The notes under the pieces are model-generated. The model saw only the letters and a list, made by a program, of their open reading frames with translations. It was not told the origin of the DNA and did not search any database. A stretch of DNA of 64,000 nt from an uncultured Gemmatimonadaceae bacterium (GTDB taxonomy: Bacteria > Gemmatimonadota > Gemmatimonadetes > Gemmatimonadales > Gemmatimonadaceae): positions 1,280,001 through 1,344,000 of the forward strand of contig CAVXGK010000001.1 of NCBI GenBank assembly GCA_963761305.1, read 5' to 3'. Positions within the stretch are counted from its first letter, which is position 1. Every line of letters begins with the position of its first letter. Position numbers and translations under genes: made by a program. This document shows positions 29,686-39,137 of the stretch, in pieces.

Positions 29686-31898
29686 TCAGTTGGCTTTCGC
29701 GAGGTCGCTGATCGAGGCTGCGAGCCACTGCACGCGCTGCGGATCCGTCGAGCCACTCGCGTAGCTCCGCACTTGTGCCGACAACGTCATCAGTGCGTCG
29801 CGCCGCCCGGCGCCGCCGGCTGACTCCGCCCGCGACAGCGCGGAACGGACCGCGGCCACCTTGTCGGCGCTCAGCCCCTTCCATCGCTCGAGCTGGTCGG
29901 TGTACGACCGCGACAGCGCGAACGACGCGGGCCAGACGAGCTTCGGCTGATCCTGCACGTTCAGGAAGTCGAAATGAATCGTCTTCGCGGCGTCGATCTC
30001 GTTCTGCGAGATCGCGGCGCTCGGCGTCAGGTCGAACACGTCGAGGCCTCGCTCCATCTCCGATCCGTAGATGTGGCCGTTGTACCAGTACACCGACCAG
30101 AACCCGCCGCCGACCAGGCGCGTCGAATCGTTCGGGCCGCGGTCGAAGAAGCCGATCTCGTGCGGGTGCTTGGGATCGGTCCACTCGAAGATCGAGAGGC
30201 CGCCCTGATACCACGCCTGCACCATGATCGTGCGCCCCGGAATCGGAATCAGCGAGCCATTGTGCGCGACGCAATTCTCGAGCGCCGTCTGCGGCGCCGG
30301 GAGCTTGTAGTAGTTCTGGAAGACCATCTTCCCGTCGATGATGCGGAAGATCGCGTCGGCGCCCCAGTTCTTCGGATCGCCGGCGCGGCAGTACGCAGCG
30401 CCACCACCGCCCCACTCGTCGCTGAACAGCACCATCGACCCGTCGTTGCTGAACGTGGCCGAGTGCCAGAACGAGAAGTTGGAGTCGGCAACGGCGGCGA
30501 CACGCGTCGGATGCGGCGTGTCGCTTGATGTCGAGCAGAAGTCCCATGCCGGCGCACGCGCCACCCGCGACCCCGACGGCCGGATACACCGTGATGTCGT
30601 GGCACTGCGTGAGCGTGCGCGGCGCGAACGGCGACGCGACACCGTACTTCTTGGCCAGCGCGTCGACCTGCGAGCGATACGACGCCGAATCAGATTTGCT
30701 CGACGACATCGTGAGGGCGCCGAGCGACGTCACCGCGCTCTCGAAGTTGACGCGCGCGCTGATCTTCCTTCGTCACCGGAGGACCGGCGTTGCCACGCCC
30801 GCGTCCACCGCCACGACCGAACGCATTCGCCGCAACGCCGCATCCGGGACCGGCGTTGCCACGACCGCGACCACCGCGGCCACCGGCCGCGTTGACGCCG
30901 AATACCCTTGCCAACGAATCGACCGACGACTGGCAGCGCGCCGTATCGGCCGCGCTCGCGCTCGCCGACAACGCCGGCAGTTTTTCACGCGCCGCGTTGA
31001 ACTGCGCCGTCTTGCGATTGGTCGCCGTGTCCATCGGCGACGCGCCGTGCGCCGCCTGATAGGGGAGGCCGTTCGCGGCGCCAGTCGTCGGATCGGCGAA
31101 GATCGCCGGCGAGCTCACGACCGCCGCCTGCTCCGGATGCGCGAGCGGAATCTTGATGACTTCGATGCGGAAGTTCGAGTTGTTCGGGTCCCAGGGGTTG
31201 TCGTTGCAGCGCGTCAAGCTCCTCGGACGGGCGAATGCCCGACGTGCCCGAGATGTAGACGTAGATGTTCTCCTTGTCCTTCGGGTCGTCCACCACCGTG
31301 TGCGTGTGCGACCCGCGGCACGTCTGCACGTTGGCGATGTACTTCGGATGGTCGATGTCGGTGATGTCGAAGATGCGCAGGCCGCGGATGCGGTCGCTTG
31401 CTCACGACTTCACGCGGCGCGTTCGCGCCGCAATCGAGCCGCGCCGTCGGCGCTTCGGCCGAGACGAAGAGCAGATTCTTCCAAACCGAGACGTCGCTCT
31501 GCGATGCTGGGCAAAGCTGCGCGTCACGAAGGCGCGGGCGCCGACGGATTCGAGACGTCCCAAATCTGGAAGCCGTTGTAGTTGCCCTGGATCACATTCG
31601 TGCCGTAGAACGCGAGATCGGAGTTGGTGACTCCGGCAAAACCTTGCGGCGCGGGCGTGTGCGAGACCTTCTTGACGTTCCAGATCGCCTCGCCGGCGTC
31701 CTGCAGTCCGGCCTTCAATCCGACGCGAGGATCTGGCGATGGCGCGGCGATGAGCGGCGCCGACATGTCGGGCCCGCCCTGCTGCATCGGCGACGCCGAC
31801 GTCGAGCTGGATTGCGACCCGCCCATGCAGCTCGCGACGACGATCGACGCGAGCAGCGAGCAGAGGGCGACTGAGTGAGTCTTGCGAACTGCGACCAT
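29686..31898 (-). CDS. LVIVD-repeat lipoprotein, split by five net +1 frameshifts
   Basis: Consecutive segments join as ...VASC...NSDLAF..QGNYNGFQIWD | CPASQSDVSV..LFVS | GLRIFDI..VQTCRGSHTHT | FRIEVIKIP | QCHDITVYP..GACAG | FWHSATF..DEWGGG..ENCVAHNGS..QAWYQGG. Confidence 0.85.
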
Positions 31899-31942
31899 AG
31901 GGGAGTCCAGTGAGTGGTGTGTGGAACCGGGAAAACGAACGA

Positions 31943-32587
31943 CTATTCGTGACGCAAGTCGGGGGCGGCCATCGCGGCCAACATCTGCTGCATCCGGTCG
32001 ATCTCGGTGCTCTGATCGGCCTGCACGTCATTCGCAAACTTGAAAACGAACTCGTCCTGGCCGGCGCCGGGTGTGTTGAACAGGGTGTCGACCATCGTGA
32101 TCGCGCCCTTGTGGTGCTGGATCATGAACGTTAGAAAGAGCCGGTCGAAGTCCGCGCCGCGCGCCGCGTCGAGCTGCTTCATCTGCTCGTCGGTGAGCAT
32201 TCCCGGCATCATCATGAACATGTCCTGGCCGTTCATCTTCATCTTCATGCCGCGCGCATCCGGCTCGGGCACGGGCTGGTTTCGATCCTTGAGCCAGTTG
32301 CTCATCAACCCGATCTCCGCCGTCTGCGCCATCGCGACGCGCCCGCAGAAGATCTGGAGCGACTTGCTCGCGCCGTGCGACTCGGCCCAACCGGCCATCT
32401 TCACGGCTTGCGCGTGGTGTCCGATCATTCCGGACATGAACTCGATGTCGGCCGCCGTGTACGGACGACGGATGCTGTCGACGCGCGCCTGCTCGACGCC
32501 GGACACGGGATGCGACGGCTGGGCGCTCACCCCCGTCGCCGCGGCGACGACGAACGCGCTGGTCGCGAAAATGATGATTCGGGACAT
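31943..32587 (-). CDS. DUF305 (ferritin-like, CopM-related) exported protein
   Basis: Signal peptide; ADIEFMSGMIGHHAQAVKMA and FDRLFLTFMIQHHKGAITM (duplicated MxxHH). Confidence 0.92.
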   Translation of the reverse strand: MSRIIIFATSAFVVAAATGVSAQPSHPVSGVEQARVDSIRRPYTAADIEFMSGMIGHHAQAVKMAGWAESHGASKSLQIFCGRVAMAQTAEIGLMSNWLKDRNQPVPEPDARGMKMKMNGQDMFMMMPGMLTDEQMKQLDAARGADFDRLFLTFMIQHHKGAITMVDTLFNTPGAGQDEFVFKFANDVQADQSTEIDRMQQMLAAMAAPDLRHE

Positions 32588-32761
32588 ACGACGAACTCCG
32601 AAAGTGGTACGAGCTTGGGCGATAATATGGAGCCGGACCGCGACCAGGGAACCACCTAACAGCGTTTCGGCGCTCGGCTTGGGGCTAGCGGCCACGGCTG
32701 ACAGATCGGCCGACGGCGGTCAGCGGCGAGCCGAAAGTTCTCTTTGCGACCTCATCCTACA

Positions 32762-32776
32762 GGGCACGTGAGTTGC
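32762..32776 (+). promoter_or_regulatory. Candidate sigma54 promoter of the PAS kinase
   Basis: GGGCAC-GTGAG-TTGC matches TGGCAC-N5-TTGC at all positions but the first; followed by GAGG and GTG 32810. Confidence 0.6.
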
Positions 32777-32809
32777 CACTCTCGGTTCCATCGAGGATAA
32801 TCACGAGCC

Positions 32810-34459
32810 GTGAAGCCACCCTTTAAGGCCCCTCCGATCCCTCCGCCCGTCACAGGCGATCGAGACGACCCGAAGCCGCCGAGCCGCCGCCGCCCCGGCA
32901 TCGCCGCGATGGCGCCGGCCGATCTCTATCGCCTGCTCGTAGAGAGTGTCCAGGATTACGCAATCTTCGCCCTCGACGCTGACGGCTACATCCTGAGCTG
33001 GAATCCCGGGGCGCAGCGTTTCAAGGGCTACACGGCCGACGAGGTTCTCGGCAAGCACTTCTCGATCTTCTATCCGCGCGAGCTGGTCGCCGAGGGATAC
33101 CCGGAATTCGAGCTCCGGATGGCGGCAAACACGGGTCGGTACGAGGACGAGGGTTGGCGAATCCGGAAGGACGGCTCGCGGTTCTGGGCGAACGTGGTCA
33201 TCACCGCGCTTCGAAACGAGAATGGCGAGCTCACCGGTTTCGCGAAGATCACGCGCGACCTTACGGAACGGCGCGAAGCCGAAGAGGCACTACGCGAGAG
33301 CGAGGAACGCTTCCGCCTCATCGTCGAGGGAGTGCGCGACTACGCCATCTTCATGCTCGACCCGAACGGCCGCATCGCGACGTGGAACGCCGGGGCGGAA
33401 CGCATCAACGCGTATCGCGCGAAGGAGATCATCGGTCTTCACTTCTCCAAGCTCTATCCCGCCGCCGACGTCGCGGGGCACAAGCCCGAGCGCGAGCTGG
33501 AGGTCGCGGCTCAAACCGGGCGCTACGAGGAAGACGGCTGGCGCGTGCGGAAGGACGGCAGCCCATACTGGGCGACCGTGCTGATCACCGCCCTGCGCGA
33601 TCGCAACAACGTGTTGATCGGGTACGTGCAACTCACTCGCGACCTCACGGAGCGTCGCGCGGTCGAGCGACGCGCCCTCGATGCCACCGAGCGGGCAGCG
33701 GCCGAACAAGCGGCACGGCAACGGGCCGACGAGCTTCGGAGACTGGCCGACGAGGCCAATTCGGCGAAGAGCCAGTTCCTCGCCGCGATGTCGCACGAAC
33801 TGCGGACGCCGCTCAACGCGATCGGCGGTTACACCGACCTGATTTCGATGGGCCTCGCCGGACCGGTGACCGACCAACAGCTCGTTCACCTCGGGCGCAT
33901 CCGGCACAGCCAAGAGCATCTCCTCGGCATCATCAACGACATTCTGAACTTCAGCCGCGTCGAGGCCGGACAGTTGACCTACGACCTCGGGCCGGTCGAC
34001 GTGCAGGACGTCGTTCGCACCGTCATGCTCATGATGGCTCCCCAGGCACAGGGCAAAGGTCTTCGTCTCGAGCAGGCCGGGACCGATGCCGAACTCGTGG
34101 CGTGGGCGGATCGGGCGAAGGTCGATCAAATCGTGCTCAACCTCCTGTCCAACGCGGTGAAGTTCACGGCGGCCGGAGGCAAGATCGTGCTGTCGTGCGA
34201 ACAATTCGGATCCGGGCGGGTAGCGATCCGAGTGCGCGACACCGGCCGCGGGATTCCGGCGGGTCAACTCGATCAGATCTTCGAGCCGTTCGTGCAGGTT
34301 GGTCGCTCGCTCACCGACAGTCGTGAGGGCACCGGCCTCGGCTTGGCGATCAGCCGCGATCTGGCGCGAGCGATGCGCGGCGACATCATCGTGGACAGCA
34401 AGGTGGACGCCGGGTCCCAGTTCACGCTGCTGCTGCCGATAGGACCAGCGGAGGGGTAA
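32810..34459 (+). CDS. Cytoplasmic PAS-PAS sensor histidine kinase
   Basis: Two DYAIF.LD..G....WN.GA...EDEGWR.RKDG PAS domains; MSHELRTPLN, NLLSNAVKFT, DTGRGI and GTGLGL. An alternative start is ATG 32909. Confidence 0.93.
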   Translation: MKPPFKAPPIPPPVTGDRDDPKPPSRRRPGIAAMAPADLYRLLVESVQDYAIFALDADGYILSWNPGAQRFKGYTADEVLGKHFSIFYPRELVAEGYPEFELRMAANTGRYEDEGWRIRKDGSRFWANVVITALRNENGELTGFAKITRDLTERREAEEALRESEERFRLIVEGVRDYAIFMLDPNGRIATWNAGAERINAYRAKEIIGLHFSKLYPAADVAGHKPERELEVAAQTGRYEEDGWRVRKDGSPYWATVLITALRDRNNVLIGYVQLTRDLTERRAVERRALDATERAAAEQAARQRADELRRLADEANSAKSQFLAAMSHELRTPLNAIGGYTDLISMGLAGPVTDQQLVHLGRIRHSQEHLLGIINDILNFSRVEAGQLTYDLGPVDVQDVVRTVMLMMAPQAQGKGLRLEQAGTDAELVAWADRAKVDQIVLNLLSNAVKFTAAGGKIVLSCEQFGSGRVAIRVRDTGRGIPAGQLDQIFEPFVQVGRSLTDSREGTGLGLAISRDLARAMRGDIIVDSKVDAGSQFTLLLPIGPAEG

Positions 34460-34460
34460 C

Positions 34461-36212
34461 GTGCCTCGGCGGCTGACGGTCTGTTTGGCGTTCGCCCTCG
34501 CGGCGTGCGGTGGCACGAAGGCCGTCGTGTCGACCAGCGCCTCGCCATCGACGACCGGCGACGAACTCGACGATGCCGGCCGCGCGCGTCAGGCGCTCAA
34601 CCGCCTGACGTTCGGCGCCCGCGCCGCCGACCTCGCCGAGGTCGAACGCATCGGCGTACGCGCCTGGGTCGATGGGCAACTCCACCCGGAGCGCATCGCC
34701 GATCCCGTCGCCGACAGCGTGCTCGCGCGCCTCGAGATCACGAACAAGACGGCGTTCGAGCTGTATGCCGACCATCCGCAGCCGAACGAGTACGGATACC
34801 AGGCAGGCAAACAACCCGATACCGCCGAAATTCGCCGCAAGGCAGCCGGCGATTCGATGACGCAGGCGCTCGACGCGGTGACGCTTCAAGCGAAACTCGC
34901 CGAAGCCACGGTGTTGATGAAGGAGCTCCCCAAGCTCTTGCCGACGCGCCAGGCGGCGATCCGCGAGCTCGGTCCGTCGATTCTCATCCGCGCCGTGTCG
35001 AGCAATCGGCAACTGCTCGAGGTGATGACGGACTTCTGGGAAAACCATTTCTCGGTGAGCGTGGACAAGGTTCCGAGTCCGTTCACGCTCGTCGAGTACG
35101 ACCGCACGATTCGAGAGCACGCGCTCGGCAAATTCCGCGATCTGTTGGGTGCCGTCGCGAAGAGCCCCGAGATGCTCTTCTACCTCGACAACTACCAGAG
35201 CGTCGTCGACAGCCTCCATCCGAATCCGATCGAATGGCGGCTGGAGGAACGCCGTCGCGAACATCCGCCGTTCGGCGACACGCTGCTCGCGCACACGGTC
35301 AAACGCCGGCGCGTCGGCGTGAACGAGAATTACGCCCGCGAGCTGATGGAGCTCCACACGCTGGGCGTGGACGGCGGCTATTCCCAGAAGGACGTCCAGG
35401 AAGTCGCTCGCTGCCTCACCGGATGGGGCATTGACAATTTTCTCATCGGCCCATCGTTCGCGTTTCACGCGGACCAGCACGACGCCGGCGAGAAGGTCGT
35501 CCTCGGCACGCGAATTCCTGGCGGACGCGGCCTCGAGGACGGCGAGCAGGTGCTCGACATTCTCGCGCGGCATCCGTCCACCGCGCACTTCATCGCCAAG
35601 AAGCTGGTCACGCACTTCGTGAGCGACGCGCCGCCGCCCGCGCTCGTCGACCGCACCGCGCAGACATTCCTGCGCACCGACGGCGACATCCGCGAAGTGC
35701 TGCTCACGATCGTCGAGTCGCCGGAGTTCAACAGCCGTGCCGCGTACCGCGCGAAGGTGAAAACGCCGTTCGAGCTCGTGGCGAGCCTGCTGCGCGTGAT
35801 GGACGCGGCGCCGGACACCACGCAGCGCAGCGTGCAGATCGTCGCCCGACTCGGTCAGCCGATCTTCGGACGCGCCACGCCCGACGGCTGGCCCGATCAC
35901 GGCGACGCGTGGATGAACACCGGCGCGCTCCTCAACCGCGTGAACCTCGGCGCGCAGACCGGAGCCAATCAGGTGCCGAACGTCGCCATCGCGCGGTGGG
36001 CGGCGGCCGAGCACGTGGCGAACGCTTCGCCGGATGAAACGGTGGACGCCGTCATTCGCTCGACGCTCGCCGGCGATCCGTCACCCGCCACGCGCGAAGT
36101 CTTGCTCGGCGTGTCGCGACCACCGCCGACGGCGAACCCGCAGCAGCGACTCGCCTACGTGGCGAATCTCGTCGGCGTGGCGATCGGCTCGTCGGATTTC
36201 CAACGACGCTAG
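34461..36212 (+). CDS. DUF1800 family lipoprotein
   Basis: LAAC lipobox; LNRLTFG, MTDFWENHF, MLFYLDN, NENYARELMELHTLG, KVKTPFE and PDGW. Confidence 0.92.
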   Translation: MPRRLTVCLAFALAACGGTKAVVSTSASPSTTGDELDDAGRARQALNRLTFGARAADLAEVERIGVRAWVDGQLHPERIADPVADSVLARLEITNKTAFELYADHPQPNEYGYQAGKQPDTAEIRRKAAGDSMTQALDAVTLQAKLAEATVLMKELPKLLPTRQAAIRELGPSILIRAVSSNRQLLEVMTDFWENHFSVSVDKVPSPFTLVEYDRTIREHALGKFRDLLGAVAKSPEMLFYLDNYQSVVDSLHPNPIEWRLEERRREHPPFGDTLLAHTVKRRRVGVNENYARELMELHTLGVDGGYSQKDVQEVARCLTGWGIDNFLIGPSFAFHADQHDAGEKVVLGTRIPGGRGLEDGEQVLDILARHPSTAHFIAKKLVTHFVSDAPPPALVDRTAQTFLRTDGDIREVLLTIVESPEFNSRAAYRAKVKTPFELVASLLRVMDAAPDTTQRSVQIVARLGQPIFGRATPDGWPDHGDAWMNTGALLNRVNLGAQTGANQVPNVAIARWAAAEHVANASPDETVDAVIRSTLAGDPSPATREVLLGVSRPPPTANPQQRLAYVANLVGVAIGSSDFQRR

Positions 36213-37147
36213 CCGGCCGACCGCGCCTTTAGCCTCTCGGCGACGAGGCCGACGCTCCGACTGAACGCGGCGATGGCCGCGTCGTCGAGCATCCATCGTC
36301 GCTCGATGCGATTGAACACCGCGGCGCGCTCGGCGGCGAGCGTTTCGGCGATGGCGAGCAAGCCCTCGCGATCCATGCCGAGAGAATTCGCGATCGCCTC
36401 GTCGACGCGCCGTCCGAGAACGTGCGCGTCGTGCAGCGCGCCGAGATCGTTCTGGAGTTTCTTCAGTTGCGCGAGGAGCGACTTCGATCCCCTCACGCCT
36501 TCGGCGGGCTCGAGGACATAGCGAAGACGCTTGGCGGCGATCCGCGCGGCGTGGGCCTCGCGATCGTCGTCAGCCGAGTGAATGGAGTAGAGCGCGCGAC
36601 GGAACGCGTCGAGGTGGTCGGCGAGGCGCGCGCCAATCGCGGCGGCGAGCGTAGGCGGCGGCGCGGAGATGCGCACCGGTTCGCGGACGGTCGACAAGCG
36701 CTCGGCGAGTCGCGCCCTCTCCTTCCCGAACGCCTCGAGCCATTCTCCGTTGAGCGGCTCCCTCGCGTTGCGTCGATCCGTGTTGATGAGGTCGATGAGC
36801 CGCTCGGCGCCGCGTTTTCGCACGCCGTCGGAACGTTGCGCCGTTTTCTTCAGCCACGCGAGCTGCACGTCGGCGTCGCGGCCCCGGTTTGTAATCTCGG
36901 CCAGATCGCGCAAGCGGTGGCGATCCTTGCCGGCGGCACCCCCCTCGAGCTCGGGCCTGAACGCGCGGAGCCAACTGCGCACGCGGCGCAGCGCGACGCG
37001 CAGGTCGTGCAGGCCTTTGAGGTCGTCCGGATCCGACGCCAGGTGATCGGCTTCGCGGCTGGCCCTGTCGAGACGCTCGAGCGCGACCAGTCGCGCGCCG
37101 CGAACGGCTGAGACCGTCAGGAAATCCGAAGGGAGTTCGTCTTTCAT
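36209..37147 (-). CDS. CHAD domain protein (polyphosphate-binding family)
   Basis: LHDLRVALRRVRSWL, RDADV, HAARIAAKRLRYVLE and LQNDLGALHD. Confidence 0.9.
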   Translation of the reverse strand: MKDELPSDFLTVSAVRGARLVALERLDRASREADHLASDPDDLKGLHDLRVALRRVRSWLRAFRPELEGGAAGKDRHRLRDLAEITNRGRDADVQLAWLKKTAQRSDGVRKRGAERLIDLINTDRRNAREPLNGEWLEAFGKERARLAERLSTVREPVRISAPPPTLAAAIGARLADHLDAFRRALYSIHSADDDREAHAARIAAKRLRYVLEPAEGVRGSKSLLAQLKKLQNDLGALHDAHVLGRRVDEAIANSLGMDREGLLAIAETLAAERAAVFNRIERRWMLDDAAIAAFSRSVGLVAERLKARSAG

Positions 37148-37194
37148 CGCCGAAGCGGCGCGGGAGGCAGTGGGTGGCGAGCCAGAGAGCATTG

Positions 37195-37210
37195 TGCACG
37201 CGGTGCGCCA
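37195..37210 (-). promoter_or_regulatory. Candidate sigma54 promoter of the CHAD gene
   Basis: Minus strand TGGCGC-ACCGC-GTGCA (GG-N10-GC), about 48 bp upstream of ATG 37147. Confidence 0.45.
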
Positions 37211-37293
37211 GCCGAAATCGCCGTCGTGGCGCGATTGTCGCCCTCGGTCCGTGAAGGTGTTCGTTCTGCGTTCCTTCGGAGGGGGGAATCTCG

Positions 37294-37446
37294 ATGATTC
37301 GCAAACTCAAGGACGGGCGTTTCCGTCTCTATTCGCGCAAACAGGATCCCAAGACCGGCCGGCGTCGCAACCTGGGAACGTTTCGCTCCCGTTCGGCCGC
37401 CGAAAAGCACGAGCGAGCCGTGCAGTACTTCAAGCGTCAGGGTTGA
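37294..37446 (+). CDS. 50-aa basic small protein (below the ORF-track cutoff)
   Basis: GGAGG SD, then MIRKLKDGRFRLYSRKQDPKTGRRRNLGTFRSRSAAEKHERAVQYFKRQG*. Confidence 0.8.
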   Translation: MIRKLKDGRFRLYSRKQDPKTGRRRNLGTFRSRSAAEKHERAVQYFKRQG

Positions 37447-37538
37447 CCGATGTCTGCCATCAGGTCGCCGATTCGTTTTCGATCGTCGGGCAGGCTGCTT
37501 GCGGAGTCCGCCGCGGGCGGCGCGGGGCGGGAGTGCCG

Positions 37539-38000
37539 ATGACTGAAACCGACCGAGGTTTGCGGATGCACACGGCGGACGAGAGGCAGACTGCTGCCCC
37601 TATCGACTTCGGATCGTTCATGGAGCGACGCGAAGCCGCGGAACGCGAGTACGCGGCCGGCGACGTCGAACCCCTGCGCCGAGTGGCGACGACCCATCCG
37701 CCGGCAACGTTGTTCGGGCCTGCAGGGGAGACTCGTCTCGGCCCCGATCGCGTGATCGACGCGTACGCGCAAGTCGCGACGTCGGCCGGACCGGGTGGGG
37801 AGACGCACTTCGAGGTGATGCAAAGCGCGGCGAGCGACGGCCTCGCGTACTGGGTCGGCCTACAGCATTCCACGATGCGCGTGGCGGACAGCAATGCGCC
37901 GCGGCACGTGGTGCTGCGCGTGACCGAGCTGTTCCGTCGTGAGAAGGGCGAATGGAAGTTGATCCATCGGCATGCCGACGAGCTGGAGGCTGCGCGCTGA
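37539..38000 (+). CDS. SnoaL/NTF2-like (YybH-type) protein
   Basis: ATLFGPAG...DGLAYWVGLQ...LRVTELFRREKGEWKLIHRHAD; start is 37539 or 37566. Confidence 0.85.
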   Translation: MTETDRGLRMHTADERQTAAPIDFGSFMERREAAEREYAAGDVEPLRRVATTHPPATLFGPAGETRLGPDRVIDAYAQVATSAGPGGETHFEVMQSAASDGLAYWVGLQHSTMRVADSNAPRHVVLRVTELFRREKGEWKLIHRHADELEAAR

Positions 38001-38008
38001 TCTGGGAG

Positions 38009-38431
38009 TTGAGCCGCTTCGTCGACGCGCAGGATGGCGGCGTGTACGAGGCCGCACTCGCGGAGATCAGGAGCGGTCGAAAGCGGACGCACTGGATGTG
38101 GTTCGTCTTTCCGCAGATCGACGGCTTGGGATCGAGCCCGACCTCGCGCCGCTTCGCGATCAGGGGTGCGGACGAAGCGAAGGCCTATCTCGCGCATCCG
38201 GTGCTCGGGCCGCGGTTGCTCGATTGCATGCGCGCCGTGCTCCCCGCGCCGGGAAAGTCGGCGACGGACATTTTCGGATCGCCGGACGATATGAAGCTGC
38301 GGTCGTGCGCGACGCTGTTCGCGTCGGTGTCGGAGCCGGGGTCCGTGTTCGAACAGGTGCTGGCGCGTTTCTTCGACGGAAGGCCGGACCCGCGCACGGA
38401 AGAGCTCCTGCGGCGAGAGGACAGGAGCTGA
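38009..38431 (+). CDS. DUF1810 family protein (start uncertain)
   Basis: LSRFVDAQ..YEAALAEIRSGRKRTHWMWFVFPQIDGLG...YLAHPVLGPRL...IFGSPDDMKLRSCATLF. Confidence 0.9.
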   Translation: MSRFVDAQDGGVYEAALAEIRSGRKRTHWMWFVFPQIDGLGSSPTSRRFAIRGADEAKAYLAHPVLGPRLLDCMRAVLPAPGKSATDIFGSPDDMKLRSCATLFASVSEPGSVFEQVLARFFDGRPDPRTEELLRREDRS

Positions 38432-38489
38432 CACCCGTCCGATCGACCGTCCGTAGTGGGAGGACACCGAAACTCCCGCGAGGCAATTG

Positions 38490-39134
38490 ATGTTCGGTTC
38501 CCTGTTCGCCGATCCGATGCGCGCCCTCATCTTCGCCGCCGCCCACCTCTTCGGAGGAAGCCTGGGAGGCGGCGTTTTCGCGGTGTCGTTGGCGGTGCGG
38601 GTCGCGTTCCTTCCGATCACCATCCGCCTCGCGCGTCGCGAACGGGAGCGACGACGGATTCTGGCGCGAATCGAGCCCGAGCTCGCGAAGGTCCGAACGA
38701 CGTTCGCCAAGCAGCCCGACCGATTGGCCGACGCGCTGCACGCGATCCATCGGCGCGAGGGCATCGAGTTGGTCGACAGCCGCGCCCTTCTCGGCGGCCT
38801 TGCCCGACTTCCTGCCCTCGGCGGGATCTACGGCGCGCTGCGCTCCATCCCGCGGCTTGGATCGTTTGCGTGGATCGCCGACCTGGCGAAGCCGAATCTT
38901 CCGCTGGCGCTGCTCGTGACGACCGGCTCGACGATCTCGGCATACGTCGCGAGCCACGGTTTGGGAACGAATGCCCGCGCGGTGGCCGCGTCGACGATCG
39001 TCGGAGCGGCGATCAGCCTCGCGTTCCTTCTGCACATGTCATCGGCGATCGCGCTGTCGTGGAGTGCGAGCGTCGCCGGCGACGTCGTTCAGAGCGTGGT
39101 GCTCGTGCGAGAGCGTCGTCGACAGAGCGTGTAG
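38490..39134 (+). CDS. Short YidC/Oxa1 family insertase-like protein
   Basis: SLGGGVFAVSLAVRVAFLP, coiled hairpin IEPELAKVRTTFAKQPDRL...HRREGI, and SFAWIADLAKP. No periplasmic P1 domain. Confidence 0.78.
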   Translation: MFGSLFADPMRALIFAAAHLFGGSLGGGVFAVSLAVRVAFLPITIRLARRERERRRILARIEPELAKVRTTFAKQPDRLADALHAIHRREGIELVDSRALLGGLARLPALGGIYGALRSIPRLGSFAWIADLAKPNLPLALLVTTGSTISAYVASHGLGTNARAVAASTIVGAAISLAFLLHMSSAIALSWSASVAGDVVQSVVLVRERRRQSV

Positions 39135-39137
39135 CGC

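Noticed and set aside
29686..31898. LVIVD pseudogene or programmed frameshifting
   Set aside because: All shifts are net +1, there is no shared slippery motif, and the same pattern occurs in unrelated genes, so a technical error is more parsimonious.
37950..38490. Arrest-peptide (MifM/ApcA-like) leader upstream of the YidC paralog
   Set aside because: The upstream gene is DUF1810, and there is no TM-containing leader ORF ending in a RAPP-like motif.
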